DNA from: an uncultured bacterium
Lineage (GTDB): Bacteria; Patescibacteriota; Saccharimonadia; UBA4664
DNA: 64,000 nt
Direction: 5' to 3'
Assembly (NCBI GenBank): GCA_963720265.1
Contig: CAVRET010000002.1
Coordinates: 942,069-1,006,068 of the forward strand
Below are positions 8,993-15,139 of this stretch, in pieces. How positions within the stretch are numbered: position 1 is the first letter of the stretch; each line of letters begins with the position of its first letter. A program made the position numbers and the translations under genes. The notes under the pieces are model-generated. The model was not told the origin of the DNA, searched no databases, and saw nothing but the letters and a program-made list of their open reading frames with translations.

Positions 8993-9205
8993 TTGTTCAT
9001 AGAAACTATTAGTGTCAAGCTCACTTTTGACGCGTTCATCAAGACAGTTTTGTTTGCAGATCAACGAAAAGACTCGTTTGGGCTGTTAAACATAAGACCC
9101 TTGGCGCGCGAAGTGGCTCTAGAATGGAACACTTTATACCCTAGTTTGCTCAAGATCGACAGTAAGCTAGAGAAACTTGGTCTTACTGACGAGCTTATCA
9201 AATGA
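8993..9205 (+). CDS. Small hypothetical protein (70 aa). Its C-terminus is homologous to the small ORF at 13566–13703.
   Basis: EWNTLYPSLLKIDSKLEKLGL versus RWNHFVPSLYLMHRKLAELGV. Both are followed by the same conserved element. Confidence 0.45.
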   Translation: MFIETISVKLTFDAFIKTVLFADQRKDSFGLLNIRPLAREVALEWNTLYPSLLKIDSKLEKLGLTDELIK

Positions 9206-9290
9206 ACCGCCTGAAGGCTCAAGTACGAAACTTAAGCACTCGGGTGGTGCTCCCGGCACCACTTCTTTATATAGACGGTGCTTTTGTGTA
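9204..9290 (+). other. Conserved double-hairpin element (copy 1), found downstream of the small ORF.
   Basis: atgaaccgcctgaaggctcaag...ctcgggtggtgctcccggcacc matches 13700–13760 at about 80 percent. Hairpin 1 is gctcaag/cttaagc and hairpin 2 is ggtgc-tcccg-gcacc. Both hairpins are retained in the second copy with changed sequence. Confidence 0.5.
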
Positions 9291-9320
9291 AGATATTTTT
9301 TTGTATAGATGATTTCAAAG

Positions 9321-9382
9321 GGTGCCTCTCAGCGGTCGCCAGTCGAACACCTTTGTGCTGGCTTGATCGGATGATGTCAAGC
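9321..9382 (-). repeat. Cassette-boundary repeat, copy D (ggtgcctctcagcggtcgccagtcgaacacctttgtgctggcttgatcggatgatgtcaagc).
   Basis: The ggtgcc...agtcgaacacc left arm and the ttgat.gg.tgatgtcaa right arm are both recognisable. Confidence 0.7.
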
Positions 9383-9405
9383 ATCGGGAGCCAGGCACCG
9401 CCAAC

Positions 9406-9939
9406 TCAACGTCGCTTGCTTTGATAATGGACGAGTTGACCAAATCCTTGTATAATTTGTTGATCCGGTAAACCGAAACCGGCGAGTGCAAAGGATTCGC
9501 AATGTTCCTGAACAGCGCTAACCGTGCGTACGTCAGCCGGTGGCTTGTCCGCCCCCACGAGGGCGCACTGCTTCGTGTCTGGACCAGGGTTGATGAGCTT
9601 ATCGGATGGCCCGGGCTGAATACCGAGACCAGTATTCTGGCAGCATTCATGATGCCCACAAATGCCGATCAGCCCTGTGCCGGTGGCTGCTCTGGCCGCA
9701 CCGAGCATGCTGTGTCGCAGACGATTTCCTGGTCCGTAGGGGAGCTCCCAAACCAGAGGTGGCCGCACCCGGTCTTCGACAGTCACACACCACACGACCT
9801 GGCATGTATAGCGGCTCACAATAGGATGAACGGCCCGCATCCTCCAGGAGACCGTACCTTCGTACCCGAGCTCCGGATCGACGGGAATCTTCCTACTGGT
9901 GCAGCGCTGGGCCGGGTGACGATAGCACGGAGCCACCAT
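9406..9939 (-). CDS. Hypothetical cassette ORF (177 aa), GC-rich relative to its flanks.
   Basis: Only its orientation and its position between repeats D and E support the call. The competing plus-strand ORF 9502–10080 cannot be excluded. Confidence 0.35.
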   Translation of the reverse strand: MVAPCYRHPAQRCTSRKIPVDPELGYEGTVSWRMRAVHPIVSRYTCQVVWCVTVEDRVRPPLVWELPYGPGNRLRHSMLGAARAATGTGLIGICGHHECCQNTGLGIQPGPSDKLINPGPDTKQCALVGADKPPADVRTVSAVQEHCESFALAGFGLPDQQIIQGFGQLVHYQSKRR

Positions 9940-10210
9940 TTTCTCTGTACAGTGGCAGCTGGCGAGCCGGTCGAGGGCGTACAGCCCTACCAGCTGCTGG
10001 CCGAACTGCTACTGGGGGTTATCCGGTGGGACCTGGCCAAGGAGCCCGCCCGTCGCCTGGCCCCAGCTGGTCACGGGTAAGTTCGCAAGCATCACCGGTG
10101 GCGGCGCCCCGCAGGAGCGGGTGCCGCCACCGGTCTGGCTTTTAATTAGACGTTTAAAGATGGGTCTGTTACAGATTTTTGTTGTTACCAAGACCAGAAG
10201 AATAAGAATG

Positions 10211-10287
10211 ATTCCTTGGTGCCCCAGAGGGAACTCTAGTCGAACACCTTTTACAATGGTTTGATGGCCTTATGTCAACTTTTTAGC
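10211..10287 (-). repeat. Cassette-boundary repeat, copy E (attccttggtgccccagagggaactctagtcgaacaccttttacaatggtttgatggccttatgtcaacttttt).
   Basis: Read on the gene strand, it is GGTGTTCGACTAGAGTTCCCTCTGGGGCACCAAGGAAT. That is a tRNA-like T-loop followed by a CACCA tail. Confidence 0.8.
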
Positions 10288-10528
10288 CTAAAATCGTCTT
10301 TTTTCGACCGAGTGTGTTTTCTTGACACTGCGGTTAAAATGCTGTCGTGTTCCAGTTTTTGCTTTTTAAGCGAAGTGGATATTCCGGGTGATCGGTCGCC
10401 CGGCAGCTGGAAGCTGCCGGGCGGGACCGTTGCTCAGTGTTCTCAGTCCCGAGATGAATGCGAACAAGTAAATCGGAAGGAGGCTTCGCCGGGTCGACCC
10501 CTAGGCGGTTAGTAGGCGCTGGGGGCGC

Positions 10529-10846
10529 CTAATCTTCCGCGGCGGTCAGCCGCGCTGCTCCACTGGAGACAGAAATGATGTACGTCTGCCCGCCCTTGCG
10601 GACGAGTAGTTGTGCACCGTTTCGAATCTCCGCGAAGCAAAAACCGCCGAGCTGAAGCAGTTGGCATGCAGCATCGGTACGAGTGAGGTTAGCTTCAACC
10701 TCATGATGATGCAGTGCCGCTTCAGCCTCGGGGATGAGCAGGACACTCAACCTGCTCGTAACGGTCCCAGATCCAGGGGCATCAACTAGGTTGACGCTCG
10801 TAGTCACAAGTAAGTAACATTGAGATAATCTTCGGCATCGGACCAA
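10529..10846 (-). CDS. Hypothetical protein (about 100 aa).
   Basis: It is a cassette-oriented ORF that overlaps the end of the upstream gene. No family could be assigned. Confidence 0.35.
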   Translation of the reverse strand: MVRCRRLSQCYLLVTTSVNLVDAPGSGTVTSRLSVLLIPEAEAALHHHEVEANLTRTDAACQLLQLGGFCFAEIRNGAQLLVRKGGQTYIISVSSGAARLTAAED

Positions 10847-11400
10847 ATACTTATAATGTACTCCCCTTTGTGCAGGGTGTATTTTCGCATCGCGTCATAC
10901 TGTGGGTCATGAATGAACGGTAAGTCCTTGTAACCGTACTCATCGCCCTCAAGCCATAATTGTCCAAATTTGGGATTAAAATATTCAACCAAAACGCCAT
11001 TTTCGCTCATTGTTAATGGGTCTTTGCTCAATTGGATATCCAATGTGAGTCCGCCGGACGCTTCTGGGCTAGCATCTGTGTAATACCCCATCGCTTTTAA
11101 CTCGCCATCAAGCTGTCGCAGGTTCTGAGTGAAATTGCCGTTGTTTTTCGACAGTTTTAAAAAATAGTACGAACACTGGAAAGTTGCCGACATGCCTCCA
11201 GCTTCATTCTCGCACGTACTGAAGACATTTGAGGTTAGTAACTGGCCTGGCAATATGATTTGGTTTGATATTGAACTTACGCGACTTCTCACCTTAATAC
11301 TGTTTCGCCAAATGCTGAAGGTGCCTATAAGCAAACCGAGCGCCAAAACAATAAGGATATAAAGTACCGACTTCTTTTTGCTCGAAAGTTTGACGCTCAT
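10804..11400 (-). CDS. Secreted or membrane-anchored hypothetical protein (198 aa), AT-rich.
   Basis: It has a Lys-rich N-terminus followed by a hydrophobic helix, VLYILIVLALGLLIGTF. Its composition is distinct from the neighbouring genes. Confidence 0.55.
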   Translation of the reverse strand: MSVKLSSKKKSVLYILIVLALGLLIGTFSIWRNSIKVRSRVSSISNQIILPGQLLTSNVFSTCENEAGGMSATFQCSYYFLKLSKNNGNFTQNLRQLDGELKAMGYYTDASPEASGGLTLDIQLSKDPLTMSENGVLVEYFNPKFGQLWLEGDEYGYKDLPFIHDPQYDAMRKYTLHKGEYIISIWSDAEDYLNVTYL

Positions 11401-11572
11401 GTTGTTATATGAACCTTACATGGTTCATACATTCAGCACAAGAAAGGGGCCCCACCCCATGCTTTACCGGCCGAGGCGAGGCGCGAAATGTTGGTAGTTC
11501 AGTTGGTTAAACACGGTATCAATGAACAACCAAAATATACCGCCTTGTTTGGCGACATTTTTTTGATTGTGA

Positions 11573-11648
11573 TAATTCCTCTGGTGCCCCTGAGTGGTCT
11601 CCAGTCGAACACCTTTTAGGATGGTTTGATAGGATTATGTCAGCTTTT
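11573..11648 (-). repeat. Cassette-boundary repeat, copy F (ataattcctctggtgcccctgagtggtctccagtcgaacaccttttaggatggtttgataggattatgtcagc). It overlaps the vapC stop.
   Basis: It shares aattcctctggtgc with copy G (12476–12500) and the arm with copies B and E. Confidence 0.8.
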
Positions 11649-12027
11649 GCGTAAATTCGTTTGGCGACATTATCTGAGTATTTTTGTGAGCCTTAAGAGT
11701 AAGGAGGTCGTTGTCTGCAGTTACGAGATAATCCACTCTGCCCTCTATTGCTGCGGCTAGTACATAATCGTCGAGTGGATCGCGAGAGATGTGCTCGACG
11801 ATTTTGGGGACCACAACTTCAGACAGCTTTCCTAGGGCGTTACTGGTCACTTTGGCTTTTTGACTCGTGAAGCCAAATTTTGTCCGGAGAACAGCCTCGA
11901 GTTCGGCCAGGATGTAATCTGACGTTACGTGAACGTTTGCCGGGGTCTCCAACAGATTTCTAAACCGAGCGAGCTCTTCTCTCCTTGTCATAGTGGCCAG
12001 AACGTTTGTATCGTACAGAAACCGCAT
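11635..12027 (-). CDS. vapC: PIN-domain toxin VapC.
   Basis: MRFLYDTNVLATMTRRE...VDYLVTADNDLL carries the PIN catalytic Asp motifs. Confidence 0.85.
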   Translation of the reverse strand: MRFLYDTNVLATMTRREELARFRNLLETPANVHVTSDYILAELEAVLRTKFGFTSQKAKVTSNALGKLSEVVVPKIVEHISRDPLDDYVLAAAIEGRVDYLVTADNDLLTLKAHKNTQIMSPNEFTQKLT

Positions 12028-12034
12028 TCGCTGC

Positions 12035-12340
12035 TCAGCTCGAACTTTCGGGCGACAAGTATTCGCGGCGAACTTCTTTTACTGCCCGCACGAAATCATC
12101 ATCCGTGACGTAGCCACGTTCGGCGGCGGCCACACCAGCATCCGCCATCATTGCCTCGAGAACTGCCCAGTCTTGCTGAACTGATTGCTCAGATTTTAGC
12201 TTCTTCACCACCGCTTGGCGAATGTATTCGCTCCTGTTTGTGTATTCAGCCCTGGCCACTTTATCAACCTGGCTTACTAGCTCCTCTGGAAGGGAAATAT
12301 TAATTGTTTGACTCGGCATATGTATCTGCTCCACATACAT
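12035..12340 (-). CDS. vapB: Ribbon-helix-helix (CopG family) antitoxin, VapB-like.
   Basis: MPSQTINISLPEELVSQVDKVARAEYTNRSEYIRQAVVKKLK is the RHH signature. It lies directly upstream of vapC. Confidence 0.8.
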   Translation of the reverse strand: MYVEQIHMPSQTINISLPEELVSQVDKVARAEYTNRSEYIRQAVVKKLKSEQSVQQDWAVLEAMMADAGVAAAERGYVTDDDFVRAVKEVRREYLSPESSS

Positions 12341-12447
12341 GATATATACATATATTGTATATATTGGCTACACTGCGGTCAAGAAATTACGCGTTGGTGT
12401 GCAGTACAAAAACACAATGGTTTGAACATAGCGTTGAACATAGCGTT
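12341..12447 (-). promoter_or_regulatory. Likely promoter and operator region for vapBC. It holds AT-rich palindromes and a 12-bp tandem repeat, ttgaacatagcg repeated twice, at 12424–12447.
   Basis: acatacatgatatatacatatattgtatatat and the tandem gaacatagcgttgaacatagcgtt lie immediately 5' of the antitoxin gene. TA antitoxins typically autoregulate through repeated operators. Confidence 0.4.
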
Positions 12448-12475
12448 TTTGTATTAAACGCTATAGATTTGTTGA

Positions 12476-12500
12476 ATAATTCCTCTGGTGCGCGAGAGAG
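12476..12500 (-). repeat. Cassette-boundary repeat, copy G. It is an exact 15-bp copy of the tRNA-Leu 3' terminus (tggtgcgcgagagag) fused to the aataattcctc arm.
   Basis: 12486–12500 equals 14229–14243 at 15/15. The left flank aataattcctctggtgc equals copy F. This copy therefore bridges the tRNA and the diverged cassette repeats. Confidence 0.8.
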
Positions 12501-12719
12501 ACACATTCTGGAACCCACTCCTGGAAGGTGTGCTCAAAGTTGACGCGAGACTAACCAAACTCGGGTATATTTTTTTAGACGGAGAAGTCGCTATCATCGA
12601 ACCAGACGCGGAGATGACCCGTGTTTAGCCCGCAGAAAACTGAAGGCCCCCGATTGCTCGGCGGCCTCAGTCACCCTGAGGTTCGCGCTACAATGCGAGG
12701 GCGGATGGTCCTGAGTAGC

Positions 12720-13436
12720 TTACTCCGAACCGAGTTGGTCCGCGAGGTCCTGAGCGAGATCTGTGAGCCGCTCGTGCTGGTCCTCGGGAACCAGGATGTT
12801 GAGGATGTCGTCCTCCTTCCCGTCAAGGCCGTGCTCACCGCAGAAGAACGTGACGGCGAGCAGGAGTTCGAAGACGGCGATGCGCTTGCCGGCCACCTGG
12901 CGGAGCAGTTCGGTCGGGTTGACTGTGCCCTCGAGGAACTCGGTGAGCAGCTCGCGGATCTCCGCGGCGTCGCGAGTGCGGACGCCATGCAGGTCGAGCG
13001 GGTCGGGGCCCGGCTCGCGGCCGGCCCGGAACGTGACGTGCTGGCGGGCCAGTTCGACGACGTTTTCCGGGATGGGAGCGTTGTCCCACGGGTCCGGACC
13101 GATGCCCGGCTCCCGGAAAATCCGGAGGGCGCCTTCCAGTGTCCAGTGCGGGTAGCTGGCGATGCCGTTCGAGCAGTAGGAGATCTGCCACTCGTCGTGT
13201 CCGGGCTCACGCGGGAAGCACTGGAAGATGGTCACTTCCAGGAGCATCGCGTAGAAGCCGGGACGGTTGGAGATCAGCCAGTAGCGCCCGGAACGATTAC
13301 CGACGACACGGCGGTGAAGGGCCTCGTCGAAGCTCTGGCCTTCGATGGACAAGAGGTCCCCGCGCGAAGCGTCGATCTGGTTGCCATCCGGGCCGAAAAG
13401 CGTAAGGTAGCCGAGATCATCAGTGGGTTCGGACAT
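12720..13436 (-). CDS. Hypothetical protein (about 238 aa from MSEPTDDLGYL). It is very GC-rich and possibly horizontally acquired.
   Basis: The long minus-strand ORF has coherent amino-acid composition. The overlapping 360-aa plus-strand ORF looks like a GC-driven artefact. Confidence 0.5.
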   Translation of the reverse strand: MSEPTDDLGYLTLFGPDGNQIDASRGDLLSIEGQSFDEALHRRVVGNRSGRYWLISNRPGFYAMLLEVTIFQCFPREPGHDEWQISYCSNGIASYPHWTLEGALRIFREPGIGPDPWDNAPIPENVVELARQHVTFRAGREPGPDPLDLHGVRTRDAAEIRELLTEFLEGTVNPTELLRQVAGKRIAVFELLLAVTFFCGEHGLDGKEDDILNILVPEDQHERLTDLAQDLADQLGSE

Positions 13437-13565
13437 ACGGGAACTTCCTCTCGTGGGCAAGATCTCACTTTCGGATTGTACTATTGTAGCATTTTTGGTA
13501 ATTGTTGTCAATTTCGAAGAAATAAAGCAAAAAACTCCCACGTGGGAGTTTTAAGCATAAGAACG

Positions 13566-13703
13566 ATGGTGCGCGTACTGGATAGTAGGTGGAACCACTT
13601 CGTGCCTAGCCTGTACCTTATGCACAGGAAACTAGCGGAATTAGGAGTGGTTCTAGTGGAGGGCAAAGTCTGCCACGCCGCCGAAGATGGGACTTTGCGA
13701 TGA
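13566..13703 (+). CDS. Small hypothetical protein (45 aa). It is homologous to the C-terminus of the 8993–9205 ORF.
   Basis: MVRVLDSRWNHFVPSLYLMHRKLAELGVVLVEGKVCHAAEDGTLR. It follows a bidirectional terminator hairpin and is followed by the conserved element. Confidence 0.4.
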   Translation: MVRVLDSRWNHFVPSLYLMHRKLAELGVVLVEGKVCHAAEDGTLR

Positions 13704-13790
13704 ACCACCTGAAGGCTCAAACACAACGCTTGAGCGCTCGGGTGGTTCCCACCGGCTCGCCGAAGCGGTCAAGCCGGTGGGGTGCAGTGG
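13700..13790 (+). other. Conserved double-hairpin element (copy 2).
   Basis: atgaaccacctgaaggctcaaacacaacgcttgagcgctcgggtggttcccaccgg. Hairpins gctcaa/ttgagc and ggtgg/ccacc are retained; compare 9204–9290. Confidence 0.5.
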
Positions 13791-13798
13791 GGGCATGG

Positions 13799-14047
13799 TC
13801 AGGGGAGGTACTCGAAAGCCGTGACGACTTCGATCGTTCCTCGGCTGCCGGCCGCCTGGCGTTGGGTGGGGTGGGTCTCGATCCGCACCTGCGGATGCTG
13901 GGCCACCCGACCGAACGGCCAGTGCTGCATGGTCAGAGCGTGGGGCAGGTAGTAGTCGACATCGGCCCCGTTCACCTCGAGGGTGATGACGTCGATGTTC
14001 GGGCCGTCGCCCGGGGCGAAGTGGTACTTCAGGGTGCCAGTGACCAT
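13799..14047 (-). CDS. Hypothetical protein (82 aa), GC-rich.
   Basis: The call rests on the ORF alone. Confidence 0.35.
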   Translation of the reverse strand: MVTGTLKYHFAPGDGPNIDVITLEVNGADVDYYLPHALTMQHWPFGRVAQHPQVRIETHPTQRQAAGSRGTIEVVTAFEYLP

Positions 14048-14130
14048 CGTTATGCCAATCTGCTCAGTGCCGTGACAAGGTGTTCACGGTGCTATACATT
14101 GTACTATATTTTGTTAACTTTGTCAATGCT

Positions 14131-14156
14131 CAGAGCGAAAGAGGAGTCGAACCCGG
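14131..14156 (-). repeat. Degenerate second copy of the tRNA-Leu 3' half (T-loop plus acceptor 3' strand), about 70 bp from the intact tRNA.
   Basis: agaggagtcgaacc matches at 14/14. The flanking cagagcgaa is similar to gtgcgcgag. The 5' T-stem strand is not complementary, so this is a junction remnant and not a gene. Confidence 0.6.
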
Positions 14157-14169
14157 TGCCAGATAGGAA

Positions 14170-14215
14170 ATTGAATAAATGCAAAAAGACGCCCGAGTCG
14201 GGACGTCTTCTTATC
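14170..14215 (-). terminator. Stem-loop between the tRNA 3' end and the degenerate copy.
   Basis: The hairpin aagacgcccgagtcgggacgtctt is followed by a T-rich run when read on the minus strand. Confidence 0.4.
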
Positions 14216-14228
14216 TGTAAAACTAAAA

Positions 14229-14314
14229 TGGTGCGCGAGAGAGGAGTCGAACCTCCACGCCATTGCTGGCACTAGTACCTGAAACTAGCGTGTCTACCAT
14301 TCCACCACTCGCGC
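14229..14314 (-). tRNA. tRNA-Leu (anticodon CAG) with a long variable arm and an encoded CCA.
   Basis: The reverse complement folds as acceptor GCGCGAG/CTCGCGC, anticodon loop TTCAGGT, a 13-nt variable arm, T-loop GGTTCGACTCC, discriminator A, then CCA. Confidence 0.85.
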
Positions 14315-14388
14315 GAGTGGGTTTGTAACTGCGTTACTTTAGCATAATTTTGTGCCTTAGGCGAGCTTGGCTGCGACGACCATTTGGG

Positions 14389-14583
14389 TTAGCCGTTGCG
14401 ACCGAAGATTTCTGCCAGCACTACAAATAGAACCACGAGCGCCACGAAGAAGATGACGGCAAGAACGAGCAGCAGACTGAGGTTCTTCCAGTTTATGAGT
14501 GCGACCAAGCCGGAGCCAAAGGCTACAAGAGCTGCGCCGATAGCGACTGGACTAGCGGGTTGTCCGAGGCTTTTTTGTGGCAT
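14389..14583 (-). CDS. Small membrane protein (64 aa).
   Basis: It has two hydrophobic helices, but a plus-strand ORF overlaps it. Confidence 0.3.
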   Translation of the reverse strand: MPQKSLGQPASPVAIGAALVAFGSGLVALINWKNLSLLLVLAVIFFVALVVLFVVLAEIFGRNG

Positions 14584-14605
14584 ATGTTTATTATTCCGCT
14601 TTGGT

Positions 14606-15139
14606 ATGATGGTGGCAATGGATACGCTTGGGCAGGTTATCGGCGACTACAACGGCTTTTTGCAGACGGTGCTGGAGGATATGGCGGCGGCTGAGTTTGA
14701 TATGGCCGATTTTGTGCAAATTGACCACATGTGCTACCGGACCGTATCGCAGGAAAACTATGAAGCTAAAAAGGACGAGCTGGCCGTAGTGGGCCGGTTG
14801 CTAGGTGAGAGCATCGTCAGCGGGCGGCACATTGCCGTATACCGGCTACATCAGCCGGTGCGGTATAAGAGCTGGCGGATCGATGCCGTCGAGGTGCCGG
14901 CGCCTAAGGCTAGCAAGCCGTTTGCTGAAGGACTTGAGCATGTGGAACTCGTTTTGTTTGATGATAAGGATACATTTCTCGCCAAATACGCCGGCAAGCC
15001 GTTTGATATGACCTCGGCGGATCGTGGCATTAACCCAGAGATCGGCCTCAAGCTTGCGCGCTGTGCAGTGAAGTTTCATCTATTGAACTTGCCGACTGTG
15101 GTGTATTTGGAGAATAAGCTGCGGCAGGGTCCGGTTTAG
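14606..15139 (+). CDS. YecM-like protein of the VOC/glyoxalase fold.
   Basis: FVQIDHMCYRTVSQENYEAKKDEL resembles the YecM metal-binding core. Start is taken at the internal ATG 14606. Confidence 0.45.
   Translation: MMVAMDTLGQVIGDYNGFLQTVLEDMAAAEFDMADFVQIDHMCYRTVSQENYEAKKDELAVVGRLLGESIVSGRHIAVYRLHQPVRYKSWRIDAVEVPAPKASKPFAEGLEHVELVLFDDKDTFLAKYAGKPFDMTSADRGINPEIGLKLARCAVKFHLLNLPTVVYLENKLRQGPV

Noticed and set aside
9502-10080. A 192-aa plus-strand ORF inside the GC-rich cassette.
   Set aside because: It conflicts with the cassette-oriented minus ORF 9406–9939. Neither has recognisable motifs. The minus-strand one is preferred only because every other cassette gene is on that strand. Both carry low confidence.
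6190-12500. Possibility that the regularly recurring repeats are a CRISPR array.
   Set aside because: The repeats are 60–75 bp, imperfect, and separated by 0.4–1.4 kb of protein-coding DNA, not by 25–40 bp spacers. No cas genes are present.
6190-12500. Possibility that the repeats are classical integron attC sites.
   Set aside because: No inverted RYYYAAC...GTTRRRY core pair could be found. The conserved ends are direct repeats (gtcgaaca and gtcaa). No intI-like gene lies in the window. The tRNA-derived explanation fits better.
12621-13703. A 360-aa plus-strand ORF and other Arg/Pro-rich ORFs across the GC-rich islet.
   Set aside because: It overlaps the more protein-like 238-aa minus-strand ORF over most of its length and has an arginine/proline-heavy translation typical of off-frame GC-rich DNA. 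Only its last 45 codons (13566–13703) are kept as a likely real small gene.
14131-14156. A second tRNA gene next to tRNA-Leu.
   Set aside because: Only the T-loop and acceptor 3' strand are present. No complementary 5' acceptor, D-arm or anticodon arm can be folded. It is a duplicated att-type fragment, not a gene.
14396-14605. N-terminal 70 codons of the listed 247-aa plus ORF (MRPKISASTTNRTTSATKK...).
   Set aside because: It overlaps the minus-strand small membrane ORF and reads as low-complexity. The YecM-like domain begins at the internal ATG 14606, which is taken as the start.
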